Below, piece after piece: positions 1 to 12,948 of a DNA stretch of 64,000 bases (its first letter is position 1; every line of letters starts with the position of its first letter). The notes beneath the pieces are model-generated. The model did not search any database. It saw only the letters and a program-made list of their open reading frames with translations, and had not been told where the DNA came from. Source of the DNA: Tubulanus polymorphus. Its lineage: Eukaryota; Animalia; Nemertea. A program made the position numbers and the translations under genes. The stretch covers positions 18,870,210 through 18,934,209 of the forward strand of contig NC_134030.1 in the NCBI RefSeq assembly GCF_964204645.1, written 5' to 3'.

Positions 1-1253
1 CCTTCCAAGATTTAAAGTCACTTCAAGTTCTTGATCTTCATGGACTTTCCTTGTTCGTGCTTGACAGATTCGTATTTAGAGGTCTATCTTCTCTACGATC
101 GTTGAATATCAGTGGTAACAGAATACGTCGTATTTCACTATACGCATTTTTTGGTTTAACTACACTTGAGACCCTCGATATAACCGATAATTACAAAGTC
201 ATTTCTGTAGATAGACAAGTTTTTGACAATGTAACGACATTAGCATTCCTAACGTCTGATGCTTATAAATTTTGCTGCATGGCTCCGAATGTTGACCAGT
301 GCCTTCCCGAAGCTGATCAATTTTCCTCCTGTTCAGATCTTATTGGGAATACAGCTCTCAGAGCTATCATCTGGGTCATCGCTTCATGTAGTTTCTTTGC
401 TAACGGATTTGTCATTTCCCTTCGCATTCGAGCGATTCGATTCTCCTCCTCAAATCCATCCTCAGACATCATCATTATAAACGTTGCTTTATGTGATTTT
501 ATGATGTCTATATATTTGTTTCTGATCGCTGGAGCCGATTACATATATAAGGGAATCTACTTTCTCCATTCAGAATCGTGGACGGACAGTGCGCTGTGTC
601 GTCTTGCCGGGGTCGTGGTATCTATTTCGTGTGAAGGCTCATTGATATTCTTGCTCATAATGACGCGTCATAGATATTCAAATATCGTTAATCCTTTTTC
701 TGTGAGCCTGAATCCATCTCCGAGATACGTGTCCATTATTTGCTGTATATGTTGGGTTGTCCTGGGCATTATTGCAATACTACCTCTTACACCTGTCCCG
801 TACTTCGGAAGCAATTTCTACGGCGCTACAGGGGTTTGTTTACCTATGAATTTGATTTCCATTGATGTCGATGCCTGGCATTATTCGTTCATTATTTTTT
901 CTCTGTCTACGTCAGTCATACTTGCTACGATAATGGTGACTTACGCGCAAATGTACCGGCTTGTATCTGGAAGCAGGTCTGGTTCAGGAAGAGCTGATCC
1001 TACCGAACTGATTTTGGCCCGCAGAAGTTTGGTGATAAATCTTTGTAATGTAATTTGCTGGTTACCGTTAATTATCGTTCAGTTTTGCGCGGTAATTCGG
1101 GTTGAAATACCGAATCAGGTAGCGGCTTGACTTGGGGTTCTTTCCTTACCAATCAACTCGTCCCTTAATCCCTTTTTATATACAATACTGACTATTGATA
1201 TGAAGTCCATACGAGCAAAAGCTATGCGCCAAATGAATTGGGTGAACAAATGA
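1..1253 (+). pseudogene. GRL101-like LGR GPCR copy 0 (3' end only: LRR, hinge, 7TM); nonsense TGA at 1128-1130 at the start of TM7
   Basis: ORF 51-1130 encodes LRRs, the FSSCSDL hinge and TM1-6. TGA replaces the TGG (Trp) of copies 1, 3 and 4; the downstream frame still reads LGVLFLPINSSLNPFLY to TGA 1251-1253. Confidence 0.85.
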
Positions 1254-1339
1254 AACATCTAGATTCCTTTCGCATAAGAATGCTGCATTTTTCTTTACAT
1301 TCAACACAATTCTAGTTCTTGTAGTAGTCATACGCATGG

Positions 1340-1357
1340 TTATATATAGATATATAT

Positions 1358-1408
<51 letters not shown>
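1340..1408. repeat. (TA)n microsatellite 3' of copy 0
   Basis: Read directly from the sequence. Confidence 0.95.
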
Positions 1409-1413
<5 letters not shown>

Positions 1414-4400
1414 TCTTTTTAGTCATAACTAACACTATATATACCCTTTCTTTAATATATATACTAGTCACGGATGAGATATATAGATTAACGGGTCACA
1501 GGCCCCGGATCGGTGGTACACTCCTGAAGTTTGTAGATAGATAACTACCAATAAACCATTTAACAGTCGCTAGCCGCCATTTTGTTAGGGTACTTTTGTC
1601 CGGTAATGTTGGGTAATGTTTCTCTTTTTTTTTAAATCCAATTGTGATGCGTGTTTTATCATATTTCATCGGTTTGTAGATGGATTTTGACAGTGTTAGT
1701 AGGGCCTGGCTAGTATTTCAGCTATGTAAAATTCATTTGCAACATGAGATTGATATAGAAATCCGTGACCAGTTTTTGCTGCGCGCATAGAAATTCAGGG
1801 TACTCAACTTTAAAGCTAGTTTTTTTTTTAAATAAGTTTCCTTAAATTCTAGGAACTGTGCGCATTAACACAATTCAAGTGGAATTCATAGATATCTTGC
1901 CCAGTTTTTGTTGTTCTATGGTTATTTAACTGCAGCGCGTCTATTGACATTCCGAGTTTCTGCGCTGTTTCAACTTTGTGTATTTTAGAATAAGGTGTTA
2001 CTTGTTCTCATTTTCTGCTGTACCCGCAGATTGCAGCCAGCAAAATGACCCTTTACAATAACAGATATCCCAAGGTCACTTCGACTTAGTCTCAAATTTT
2101 ATGTGATAATCAAGCTAGTTTAGGCCTACCAGGGGTGCAATCATGTCGTCCACCAATCCGTCTACGAGAGAGGAGCGTATCGATCTGATTGTCAGCGTCA
2201 AATAAAAACGAACAAAGATTCGACTAATTAGATGTTAAATGGTGTTTTTATTGGATGTCATCTCGATGATAATAGCAGAGAAACTGACAATTGCTTTCAA
2301 GCAATTTAACACTCAATACTCGTCCCACGGACATTTTTCATGACAGGTACTTGGACAGTTTGCTTGGCAGGCATCCTTTTGTGCGGCGGGTGTTCGACAT
2401 TTTACCCAGCAATTGTTGAGACAGATTTGACAATAATCAGGCTGCGCTGAATCAGCGCCACTAGCGACCATTGCGACCAGAGCTAAAACTACCAGAAACT
2501 GAAAAAGAGTATATTGTTACCAGAGCTGTACTTCCGCGGCTTATCAATGATGATTCCACAGTGGCTGCTCGCTCGAGAGTTCCACGCGTGCCAAGGGCTG
2601 ACCCACAAGGTAAAATATTGTGCAGTAGGACATAAACCACTATGGCAATAGAGGATTCTACTTGTGGCAAGTAGGGTCCACCAGGTGTCACTAGTGTGCA
2701 ACTACTGTGGCGATAGTTCAAGATCCCACAGTGAAAAAGAAATCGATGAAAATAAAACAACAAAAGAATATAGCTGCAAAGCGACGATAACGGGCTTTCT
2801 GCCAAAATAAATGTTTTTGTCGGGGATTCGAGCCAAATATGATGACTATATTATATCGCGATGTAAGCCTTAAAATCACCTTCGATATCACAGGATTAGA
2901 ACGTTCACTATACGCGACACAATTCTATTTGTAGCGAATTCAAGTCATAGACGGAGGTGTCTTATTTTTACAAGTGGAAGCAAAATCTGAACCCGATAAG
3001 ATGAATGGCACTGTTTGAAAAAAAATATAACGAACAAATATTTGGTATCCGAAAATCTAATTAATTGCTGAATCTTGGAACCAAACTTTATCAATTCGGG
3101 CTTACAAATTTCTAGAAATATCAAATGAGTAGGTAATGCGGTTTATGTGTTATAAGTATTATCAATTGTTCTTGTAATTGCCAAAGAGTTCGGTGGCCCT
3201 AATAAATCTATAATTAACATCAGTACACATGATGAAATACGTAAAAGACATAATAATCAAAATATCAAAACAGGACGTGTTTAGTGCTTCATAAAAATGA
3301 CGATAATTTACAAATTGACTTACTAATTCACAGAAATGGTTTGAAAGAAAAGTTTGCAAATCAACCTCCGGTCAGTTTTTTTTTGTAAGGTAACAACGCC
3401 AATATACTTTTAACGAAAATAGTGCGGAAAAAGGTAAGTAGACTGACGATGGAGAATGTGAAGAGAGTTTTCTGCGAAAGTCCATAAAATCCTAATTACC
3501 TTTGATGACAACATGATTCTCAGATACTGTAGATCTCAGATTCCTCGCGTACGTGAAGTCAATGCGATGTGTTTTACTGCATGTGCGTTACGCAAAGACA
3601 CGGGTGGAAAATAGCCGTTTTAATAATGGAGATTCGTTATTTGCTAAAACTGTTGAAATTGTGAAGATGATTCCCGACCACTCAGACGCACTCGGTATCG
3701 TCAATGTCAAATAATATATATCGTATTACATTGAAATCAGCAGCTGTGAAACGTACGTCCCTGAGCAGAAACTTCCCCGTTGTCCTTGAGATGCTTATTC
3801 TGACGATTCCGCATAGTCTTCATCCATCCGTCCTCTGAAATGACACCATTCTTGAATCGTTGAATTCACCAAGAACGAGATAGTCATCATTAGCTGCTAA
3901 TTATAATTTTACTGAATCGTTGATAGTCATCGAGAATGAAAGGGTTGTCATTTGGTAAATAATCATGATTTCGGTGAATCTTAAGAATCATGTAGAGTGA
4001 GAAGGCCACAAATAACTGGTTATAATTTAACTGGAATTTACTTATTTCTATATAGTACGTATGTGAAACATCTGCTACTCAATTATCATGAATTCTGCGT
4101 CGATGTATACAACATGTTACTTGATATAAATATTCGATTTTAAAAAAGCAGCTGGTCATGTAAGTACAGCAATTATGATTGCAATTGATTCAGATGTACT
4201 TCGCATTATTCCAATACCGTCGAGTTCACTTAAATTACTCTAATCAATATTCTGTTGGATGATTATTATTGAAACCCTTATCCCAAAACGCACCGAATTA
4301 AATGAATTACGCATAGACATTCTGTAGATTCTAGTACTACCAAACTTCGATGATTGATGTATTGACCTCCTTTTACTGTCCTATCCTGGTCGCGACAATG

Positions 4401-5200
4401 GTGTACACATTGTACAGCTATGCAGGCGGGTTTGTATCTTTATAAAAAAAGACTGATGTTTTTTTTCCGATGCGGACAGTCGCAAAGACGGACGGATCAA
4501 CGGACTGACCAACAGACGCGGGCAAAAGTTAAGGTACCAAGTTCCCCGCTAAGTCCCCGGGACAAAGATATTGTTGTGGTAAACTTACAGTATTGTTATA
4601 ATTCTACGTTTATTCTACGTCTGCGATTCTTTGCATAATGAATTGAAGCTAAGTCGATTACGTCGCATCGAGTGGACATTCTATACTTAACAACCGCTGA
4701 AAAACGGTTGAAGAAATCCTCTGAATTGTCGAGAAATTACAAACAAAAGTAGGTGTATACCTGTTTTGAAACACTCTGCATATACGCGTAATGCATCAGC
4801 AAAAAATGATATTCAGGAGCGACTTGAACGAAACGAAAATAATTTTGAGTATTTTAAAGTATGATTGGGCATATCGAAATAACCACGCGTGGAAACATGA
4901 AATTGAGAATTGCTGCTCAGAGAGATGGTACCGTAATTACTAATATATTGATGTGTATGTCGGAGAACGAATACTAATGACAGAACGGGGGAAAAATATC
5001 ACACGCGTTCGACAAAAATCAGCGGTTGAAAATAATTGCTAGATTTCTAAATTGCTGAGTGAAGCAAATAAATAATTTCACTAGAAAGAAATATACAATT
5101 GTTCATCATTTATGAGTGGAACCTGAAGATATGTGGGCAACCAAGCAGAATTTGAATAGTGAAGGAATTCCTTCATTCTGACGTGACGAAGTTACTCTGT

Positions 5201-8200
5201 ATGGATCGATAAGGAGCGCTGTTTCTAGCGTCGCTGATCGTCTGGCGCGTTAACATCGCACACGCTGATCTGTCTGACTCTGTGACGATCAGTTCGTCTT
5301 GTAACAACACTTGGTACCCCGTCGATTCTACGTCCGGTTACATCGTTTCACCGAATTACCCGTCGTTAACGCGCGGTGTTGAATGTCGTTGGTTCGTCAA
5401 CAGCTCTTTACCGGGAACTTTCAACATCTAACTATACTACGACATCGAGCCGTCGATATTCTGTAGTGCTGACTACCTTCTCGTTGATGGTTCGGATAAC
5501 AGATTCTGCGGCGAAGGAGAATATGGCATCCGCCGTAACGGTTTGATCTCGCCGTTGTTGTTTAGGAGTAACGTCGATGGTGCGCGAGGCAGTCGGGTTT
5601 ATATAACATATCGTTATGAACGAAATCGATTGAAAGTCAGCTGTGGTTTGACATTTACTACTCCCAGATTCAAGGAAATTATTACATCGGAGGGATACAA
5701 ATATTCTATAAGCCATCTAGAGAATTGTCGTCCGTTCCTGGAATGGATGGGGATGCCATATGGTTTCGCGATGAACCTGACTTTGGTCAAGATTAGGGTT
5801 AGAATGGAATTTCTTGCTGATCCCGCGACGACTGGTAAAATCTACGACGGATGGAACAGCAGCAGTGAACCTATAGCTCTCATACCAGTACAAACCGGTC
5901 ATCCAGCTTCATCATTCTATACTAAGACAAGTAAAACTATTATCTCTCTGCTTGAATATAAACTGAATTTCGATTTTCAACTTTTGGTTCAGATGTATAA
6001 AATATCAGATTGGAACGTCACTAATCCGTTAATCCAAATCTCTAATGACGAGTCTGGAGTGCTCATTCCTGATGACAACAGTTTACACGTAATAACCCGA
6101 TCGAAACACTTACACTGCTGGTCTATCACAGTGCAGGTGTTACCGTACGTCGTCTTCAACTGGACACGTGATCTCAGCATATCCGGTGACGTCATTGGTG
6201 TATATAAACTAGAAGGGTTACGCGTTGTAGGAACTGATATTTTACTCGGTTACAACTACCTGGAATCACTGAGTGTTAAATCTGACGGCTTTCTCGTCAT
6301 ACTGTGCGTTTTGATGAGCGCTGATGTGATGATGTCGAAACTAGAAATATCCTACAAAATCAATTCACTAACAATAGGTTATTTACACGTTGGGAAATCA
6401 GTGGTAAGTACTTCGTCGTGATATCTGTATTGTCGGTATTTACTTCACGATATTAAACTGCGTTCAGCAATTATTTCTTTCGTAAATTAAAATGATGATG
6501 AAATGTAAGATTATTTCACATCGATATGTATCCTGTGCACGTTTAGTTTTAATGAAATGCACCCATCCAAATTGTCGTTCATATGAATCTACTTTTTGAA
6601 ACGTACAACGAGCATATAATATTTTAAGAAGCGATGGAACGTTCATATGATGTTGTTTGTTGTCACAGGTACGCGACCCGGAGGAATGTTTACAATCATT
6701 CAGGCTATTTCCGTTTGTAAAAAGAAAAACGTTGACCTATCGAGTGATCGAACATAAGTTGAAATGGCGAGTGGAAATATTGGAAAAACGATTTCAACTG
6801 GCTGTCTTATCGAGAAACTGCGAGCGAGCTGGATTTTATATATATGATGGTGGTAATTTTACAGCTAGACGCTATGGTCCGTATTGTCCTGGTGATACCT
6901 ATGGTCGGCCCGTCGTCAAGTTGATTACATCAGGAGGATCGGTTACTGTAGTAGGATACGCCTACGACTGGGATAATCAGCTAACAGTCAAGACTAACAA
7001 ACTTTCATGTATCATGCTTCGCGCTACTGAATGTGACGGGTATGTGTTAAAGCAGGGAGAAAATCGCCTTAAAACGACGTCAGACTGTATCGTGATTCTA
7101 CCCGAAAACCGACGTCTTCCTTTAAGAAATATTTACATATTATCCGACCGCGAATATCAAATTGATCGATGTGCTCCGGAAGATTTTATATACGTCGCGT
7201 GCCGGCCCAATATGAATATCAGCAGTAGTTTTATTACGGGAAATACCTCAACAAGAACTGTGTTAAACAAGGTATCATTTATTAGTCTTCATCCTTTTTT
7301 GACACCTGAGCGATTTATCAAACTGAGACGAAAGTGCTATAGAACAAAAAGGGCCGGTCATAGCGGTTTAGTCCCTAAGGATGTGTGTGGACTTGTGTGC
7401 AATCGCCGAACTATCCCGGACCTGCCGGAATTACTGTTCAAAGAATATTCTATGCAGTCATTTATAGATATCATTACGGAAAACTTCGTTATTACAAATT
7501 CGTAATCAAATACATTGAAATGATTGAATGCGTTAAACAATCCAGATACTCTAAAGAAGCAGTGTTGTTCGTACAATACTTTAGTGATACCGAAACAAAA
7601 TTCCAACTCGTTACTGAAACCCAACACAAACAAACAATCTGTGGACGACACGCAGGGCATATACTTTACAGTCTGAAGGCTACCAGACATGAGTTTCAAG
7701 TGACCGACAGAATCCCAACATTTCGGATACAATACATTCTACAAGAATCATTCCCAATAAAAGACCACGAGAATAAGTGTGAGGCGGGATTTCTATATTC
7801 GGGAATTTCATGCGTGAAATACATCACGGATGAACGATTGAATTGGGAGAATGTTGAATTGTACTGTAGACAGAAGTATGCGGGACATCTACTAAGTATC
7901 AACTCAGAACAGGATATGAATTCCATTAAAACGTTATTTGCTACAAAGCTTCTTTTAACTGCATATTCGAAGAGAGCACTCATTGTGTTGATTGGATTGA
8001 AAAAAAAACAGGTAAATCTAATTTAAGTTGCATAAAGGTATTGATAACATTATCGGGAGTTGGGATCTCAGAAGAAGAAATTTACGGGGGAATTAACGGC
8101 CTCAAGTCTTAACGGTCAAGTTTAATTTCGGCACTAACCGTTATTAGCCAATGATTTAGTTCGTACTAGACATTACGCACATTACTTTACAATTCTCTTT

Positions 8201-11169
8201 TTAGCCTAAAACCAGTTTTTACACGTGGACTGACGGCAAACCGTTGAGTTACACAGAGTGGTATAAACCAATAAATAACGACACGATACCGGACGTACTT
8301 CAAGGGTTGATATCTTATGAAAGAAAACAACCGACAAATGACGTGAATATGCCGTGTACAGCGATGATACTGAATAATCCACGAGGATCAGCGAACTGGG
8401 TTCGATTCCCGTGTCAAATAGAAGAGGTTCACGTGCGATTCTTTTGTGAATAGGAAAGAAATGATATCAATAAAAGTATGGCTGGGATAGAAAATGATTC
8501 AAAAACATAATATGATATCCCAAATTAAACAAGGTATTTTGAATAACAATACGCTGAATACAATGTGTGCAATAGGTTGGTTAGGTATAGATGGACAATG
8601 TTATCGGGTACTGACACGTTGGGAAAATAAGGAAACTTTTGACGTGGTTAGTGCAAGAGAAATGTGCCGTGAGGTACGCGGGGAAATAGGTATAATACAG
8701 GACTTGACGCAAGCCAAGGAGATGATTTTCAGATTTCGTTATCAGCATCAATATGGCGCTATATTAACTTTGGATTCTAGCAAGCAGTGGATGATAATGA
8801 AGCCATTTGTTACCAGGGGTGAAATTACTTACGATCAGTCGGTTAATTGGGTAATGATACCCTGGGAAAATGCAAAAGACAAAATCCATTCTGTTTTGTG
8901 TTCCTATAATGTAACTGATGAAGAGTTGGCTTCTTTAAGTGGTTGTAAATCGTGGCAGTTTAAATGTAACGATCAAAGATGTATCAGCGACCATCGCGTA
9001 TGTGATACCATACACGACTGTCGACACGGCGAAGATGAACTCAGTTGTACGGATATAAATTCATACAGTCAGTTTCAATGCTTTGATGGTGAGATTGTAT
9101 CAATAAGTGGTTACTGTGATTTCATACAGGATTGTGTGGATGGTTCTGATGAGAATTCGTGTTTTCATCCCCCGTGTTTGTCCGAGGAATTTCGTTGCAT
9201 CAGTGGTCAATGTGTCAGTGGGTCGAACAGATGTGGCTAATTGTAAAGACATTTCCGATGAAATTGAATGCACCTCTAAACTATGTCAGGGGTTCTTATG
9301 TAACAGTGGGGACTGTATCAGTTCTCAGTTGTATCAGGATGGAGTTATGGATTGCAGTGGAACTCTTGAGGAAGATGAATTAGTTACGAATCCTTATATT
9401 ACAGTGAATCCTACGATATATTGCAATATTGAACACCACCGTACGACTAACTTCACAGATCTCTGTACAGAATCTAATGAACAAAGATGTTCTTTCGATT
9501 CTCCTCATTGCTATTCTAGACGTCACAGGTGTATTCTAGAACGAATGACAAATGGTTTCCCAGTTTGTAGAAACCTTGAGCACGTATTGAAATGTGAAGA
9601 ATTTGTATGCCCAGTTGGTACAGTGAAATGTCCAGCATCGTACTGTATTCCTGTCAGACAAGTGTGCGATGGTCGGTCAGATTGTCCTAATTCAGAAGAC
9701 GAGGGAAACTGCGAAACTTTGTCACGTCCGGGAATGTTTAAATGTAGCCAGGAAAATCGATGTATTCCACAGACTGAAGTTTGTGATGGTGTTGTTAATT
9801 GTAAACGTACAACTGATGACGAGGCTTTCTGTAACGTCTCGTGTCCTAAAGGTTGTGAATGTCAAGGTCATTCGATCAAATGCAACAATTCTCGGCTAGC
9901 AGATGTAAATGGCATTTTCCAAGCATCAACGCGAATTTTAATTTTGTCAAATAACCAAATTGTCTTGGACGTCTTTACATTTTCCCAATACGTTTATCTC
10001 CACATGCTCAACCTCACCGCCAATGAATTGTCTTACCTTTTACCAAACTCGTTCAAGAACCTGCATAACTTACATACATTAGACCTCACGGACAATAATA
10101 TAACATCATTATCCACAAATACGTTTACTGGTCTGTATAGTTTGAAAGAGTTATTCATAACTGAAAACCCACTACGTCGTTTAGAGGATGACACCTTCCA
10201 AGATTTAAAGTCACTTCAAGTTCTTGATCTTCATGGACTTTCCTTGTTCGTGCTTGACAGATTCGTATTTAGAGGTCTATCTTCTTTACGATCGTTGAAT
10301 ATCAGTGGTAACAGAATACGTCGTATTTCACTATACGCATTTTTTGGATTAACTACACTTGAGACCCTCGATATAACCGATAATTACAAAGTCATTTCTG
10401 TAGATAGACAAGTTTTTGACAATGTAACGACAAATCCTCAAATCGCTGGAGCCAACTACATATATAAGGGAATCTACTTTCTCCATTCAGAATCGTGGAC
10501 GGACAGTGCGCTGTGTCGTCTTGCCGGGGTCGTGGTATCTATTTCGTGTGAAGGCTCATTGATATTCTTGCTCATAATGACGCGTCATAGATATTCAAAT
10601 ATCGTTAATCCTTTTTCTGTGAGCCTGATTACATCTCCGAGATATGTGTCCATTATTTGCTGTATATGTTGGGTTGTCTTGGGCATTATTGCATTACTAC
10701 CTCTTACACCTGTCCCGTACTTCGGAAGCAATTTCTACGGCGCTACAGGGGTTTGTTTACCTATGAATTTGATTTCCATTGATGTCGATGCCTGGCATTA
10801 TTCGTTCATTATTTTTCTCTGTCTACGTCAGTCATACTTGCTACGATAATGGTGACTTACGCGCAAATGTACAGGCTTGTATCTGGAAGCAGGTCTGGTT
10901 CAGGAAGAGCTGATCCTACCGAACTGATTTTGGCCCGCAGAAGTTTGGTGATAAATCTTTGTAATGTAATTTGCTGGTTACCGTTAATTATCGTTCAGTT
11001 TTGCGCGGTATTTCGGGTGGAAATACCGAATCAGGTAGCGGCTTGGCTTGGGGTTCTTTTCTTACCAATCAACTCGTCCCTTAATCCCTTTTTGTATACA
11101 ATACTGACTATTGATATAAAGTCCATACGAGCAAAAGCTATGCGCCAAATGAATTGGGTGAACAAATGA
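5201..11169 (+). pseudogene. GRL101-like CUB-CLECT-LDLa-LRR-7TM GPCR copy 1 (exons 5201-6403, 6669-8011, 8205-11169), multiply disabled
   Basis: GT-AG phase-0 introns match the other copies. Lesions: TAA 5210-5212, TAA 5429-5431, +2 TG frameshift ~7395, TAG 8451-8453, 8-bp deletion ~9235, 285-bp hinge/TM1-2 deletion ~10433, -1 frameshift ~10815. Confidence 0.9.
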
Positions 11170-11279
11170 AACATCTAGATTCCTTTTGCATAAGAATGCT
11201 GCATTTTTCTTTACATTCAACATTGTAGTAGTCAAACGCATGATTATATATAGTGTTAGTTATGACTAAAAAGAACGGG

Positions 11280-11304
11280 TATATATATATATATATATAT
11301 ATAT
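11280..11304. repeat. (TA)n microsatellite 3' of copy 1
   Basis: Read directly from the sequence. Confidence 0.9.
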
Positions 11305-12948
11305 GGATTTTGACAGTGTTAGTAGGGCCTGGCTAGTATTTCAGCTATGTAAAATTCATTTGCAACATGAGATTGATATAGAAATCTGTGGCCAGTTTTT
11401 ACTGCGCGCATAGAAATTCAGGGTACTCAACTTTAAAGCTAGTTTTTTTTTTTTAATAAATTTCCTTAAATTCTAGGAACTGTGCGCATTAACACAATTC
11501 AAGTGGAATTCATAGATATCTTGCCCAGTTTTTGTTGTTCTATGATTATTTAAGTGCAGCGCGTCTATTGACATTCCGAGTTTCTGCACTGTTTTAACTG
11601 TGTGTATTTTAGAATAAGGTGTTACTTTTTCTCATTTTCTGCTGTACCCGCAGATTGCAGCCAGCAAAGTGACCCTTTGTAATAACGGATATCCCAAGGT
11701 CACTTCGACTTAGTCTCCAATTTTATGTGTTGATCAAGCTAGTTTAGGCCTACCAGGGGTGCAATCATGTCGTCCACCAATCCGTCTACGAGAGAGGAGC
11801 GTATCGATCTGATTGTCAGCGTTAAATAAAAACGAACAGATATTCGACTAATTAGATGTTAAATGGTGTTTTTATTGGATGTCATCTCGATGATAATAGC
11901 AGAGAAACTGACAATTGCTTTCAAGCAATTTAACACTCATTACTCGTCCCACGGGCAATTTTCATGACAGGAACTTGGACAGTTTGCTTGGCAGGCAACC
12001 TTTTGTGCGGTGGGTGTTCGACATTTTACCCAGCAATTGTTGAGACAGATTTCACAATTATCAGGCTGCACTAAAATAGCGCCACTAGCGACCATTGCGA
12101 CCAGAACTAAAACTACCAGAAACTGAAAAAGAGTATATTGTTACCAGAGCTGTACTTCCGCGGCTTATCAATGATGATTCCACAGTGGCTGCTCGCTCGA
12201 GTGTTCCACGCGTGCCAAGGGCTGATCCACAAGGTAAAACATTGTGCATTAGGACATAAACTACTTTGGCAATAGAGGATTCTACTTATGGCAAATAGGG
12301 TCCACCAGGTGTCACTAGTGTGCAACTACTGTGGCGATAGTTCAAGATCCCACAGTGAAAAAGAAATCGATGAAAATAAAACAACAAAAGTATATAGCTG
12401 CAAAGCGACGATAACGGGTTTTCTGCCAAAATAAATGTTTTTGTCGGGGATTAAAGCCAAATATGATGACTATATTATATCGCGATGTAAGCCTTAAAAT
12501 CACCTTCGATATCACAGGATTAGAACGTTCACTATACGCGACACAATTCTATTTGTAGCGAATTCAAGTCATAGACGGCGGTGTCTTATTTTAACACGTG
12601 GAAGCAAAATCTGAACCCGATAAGATGAATGGCACTGTTTGACAAAAAATATAACGAACAAATATTTGGTGTCCGAAAATCTAATTAATTGCTGAATCTC
12701 GGAACCAAACTTTATCAATTCGGGCTTACAAATTTCTAGAAATATCAAATGAGTGGGTAATGCGGTTTATGTGTTATAAGTATTATCAATTGTTCTTGTA
12801 ATTGCCAAAGAGATCGGTGGCCCTAATAAATCTATAATTAGCATCAGTACACATGATAAAATACGTAAAAGACATAATAATCAAAATATCAAAACAGGAC
12901 GTGTTTAGTGATTCATAAAAATGACGATAATTTACAAATTGACTTCGT

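Noticed and set aside
2340-2820. Recurrent short ORFs in each spacer (e.g. 2461-2805, 34955-35383)
   Set aside because: They recur only because the spacer is duplicated. No recognisable domain, and frames are not conserved between copies; possibly a decayed transposon.
4480-4570. Helentron-like end (GACG microsatellite + GTCCCC..GGGAC) in each spacer
   Set aside because: Too degenerate, and no partner terminus was found to set boundaries.
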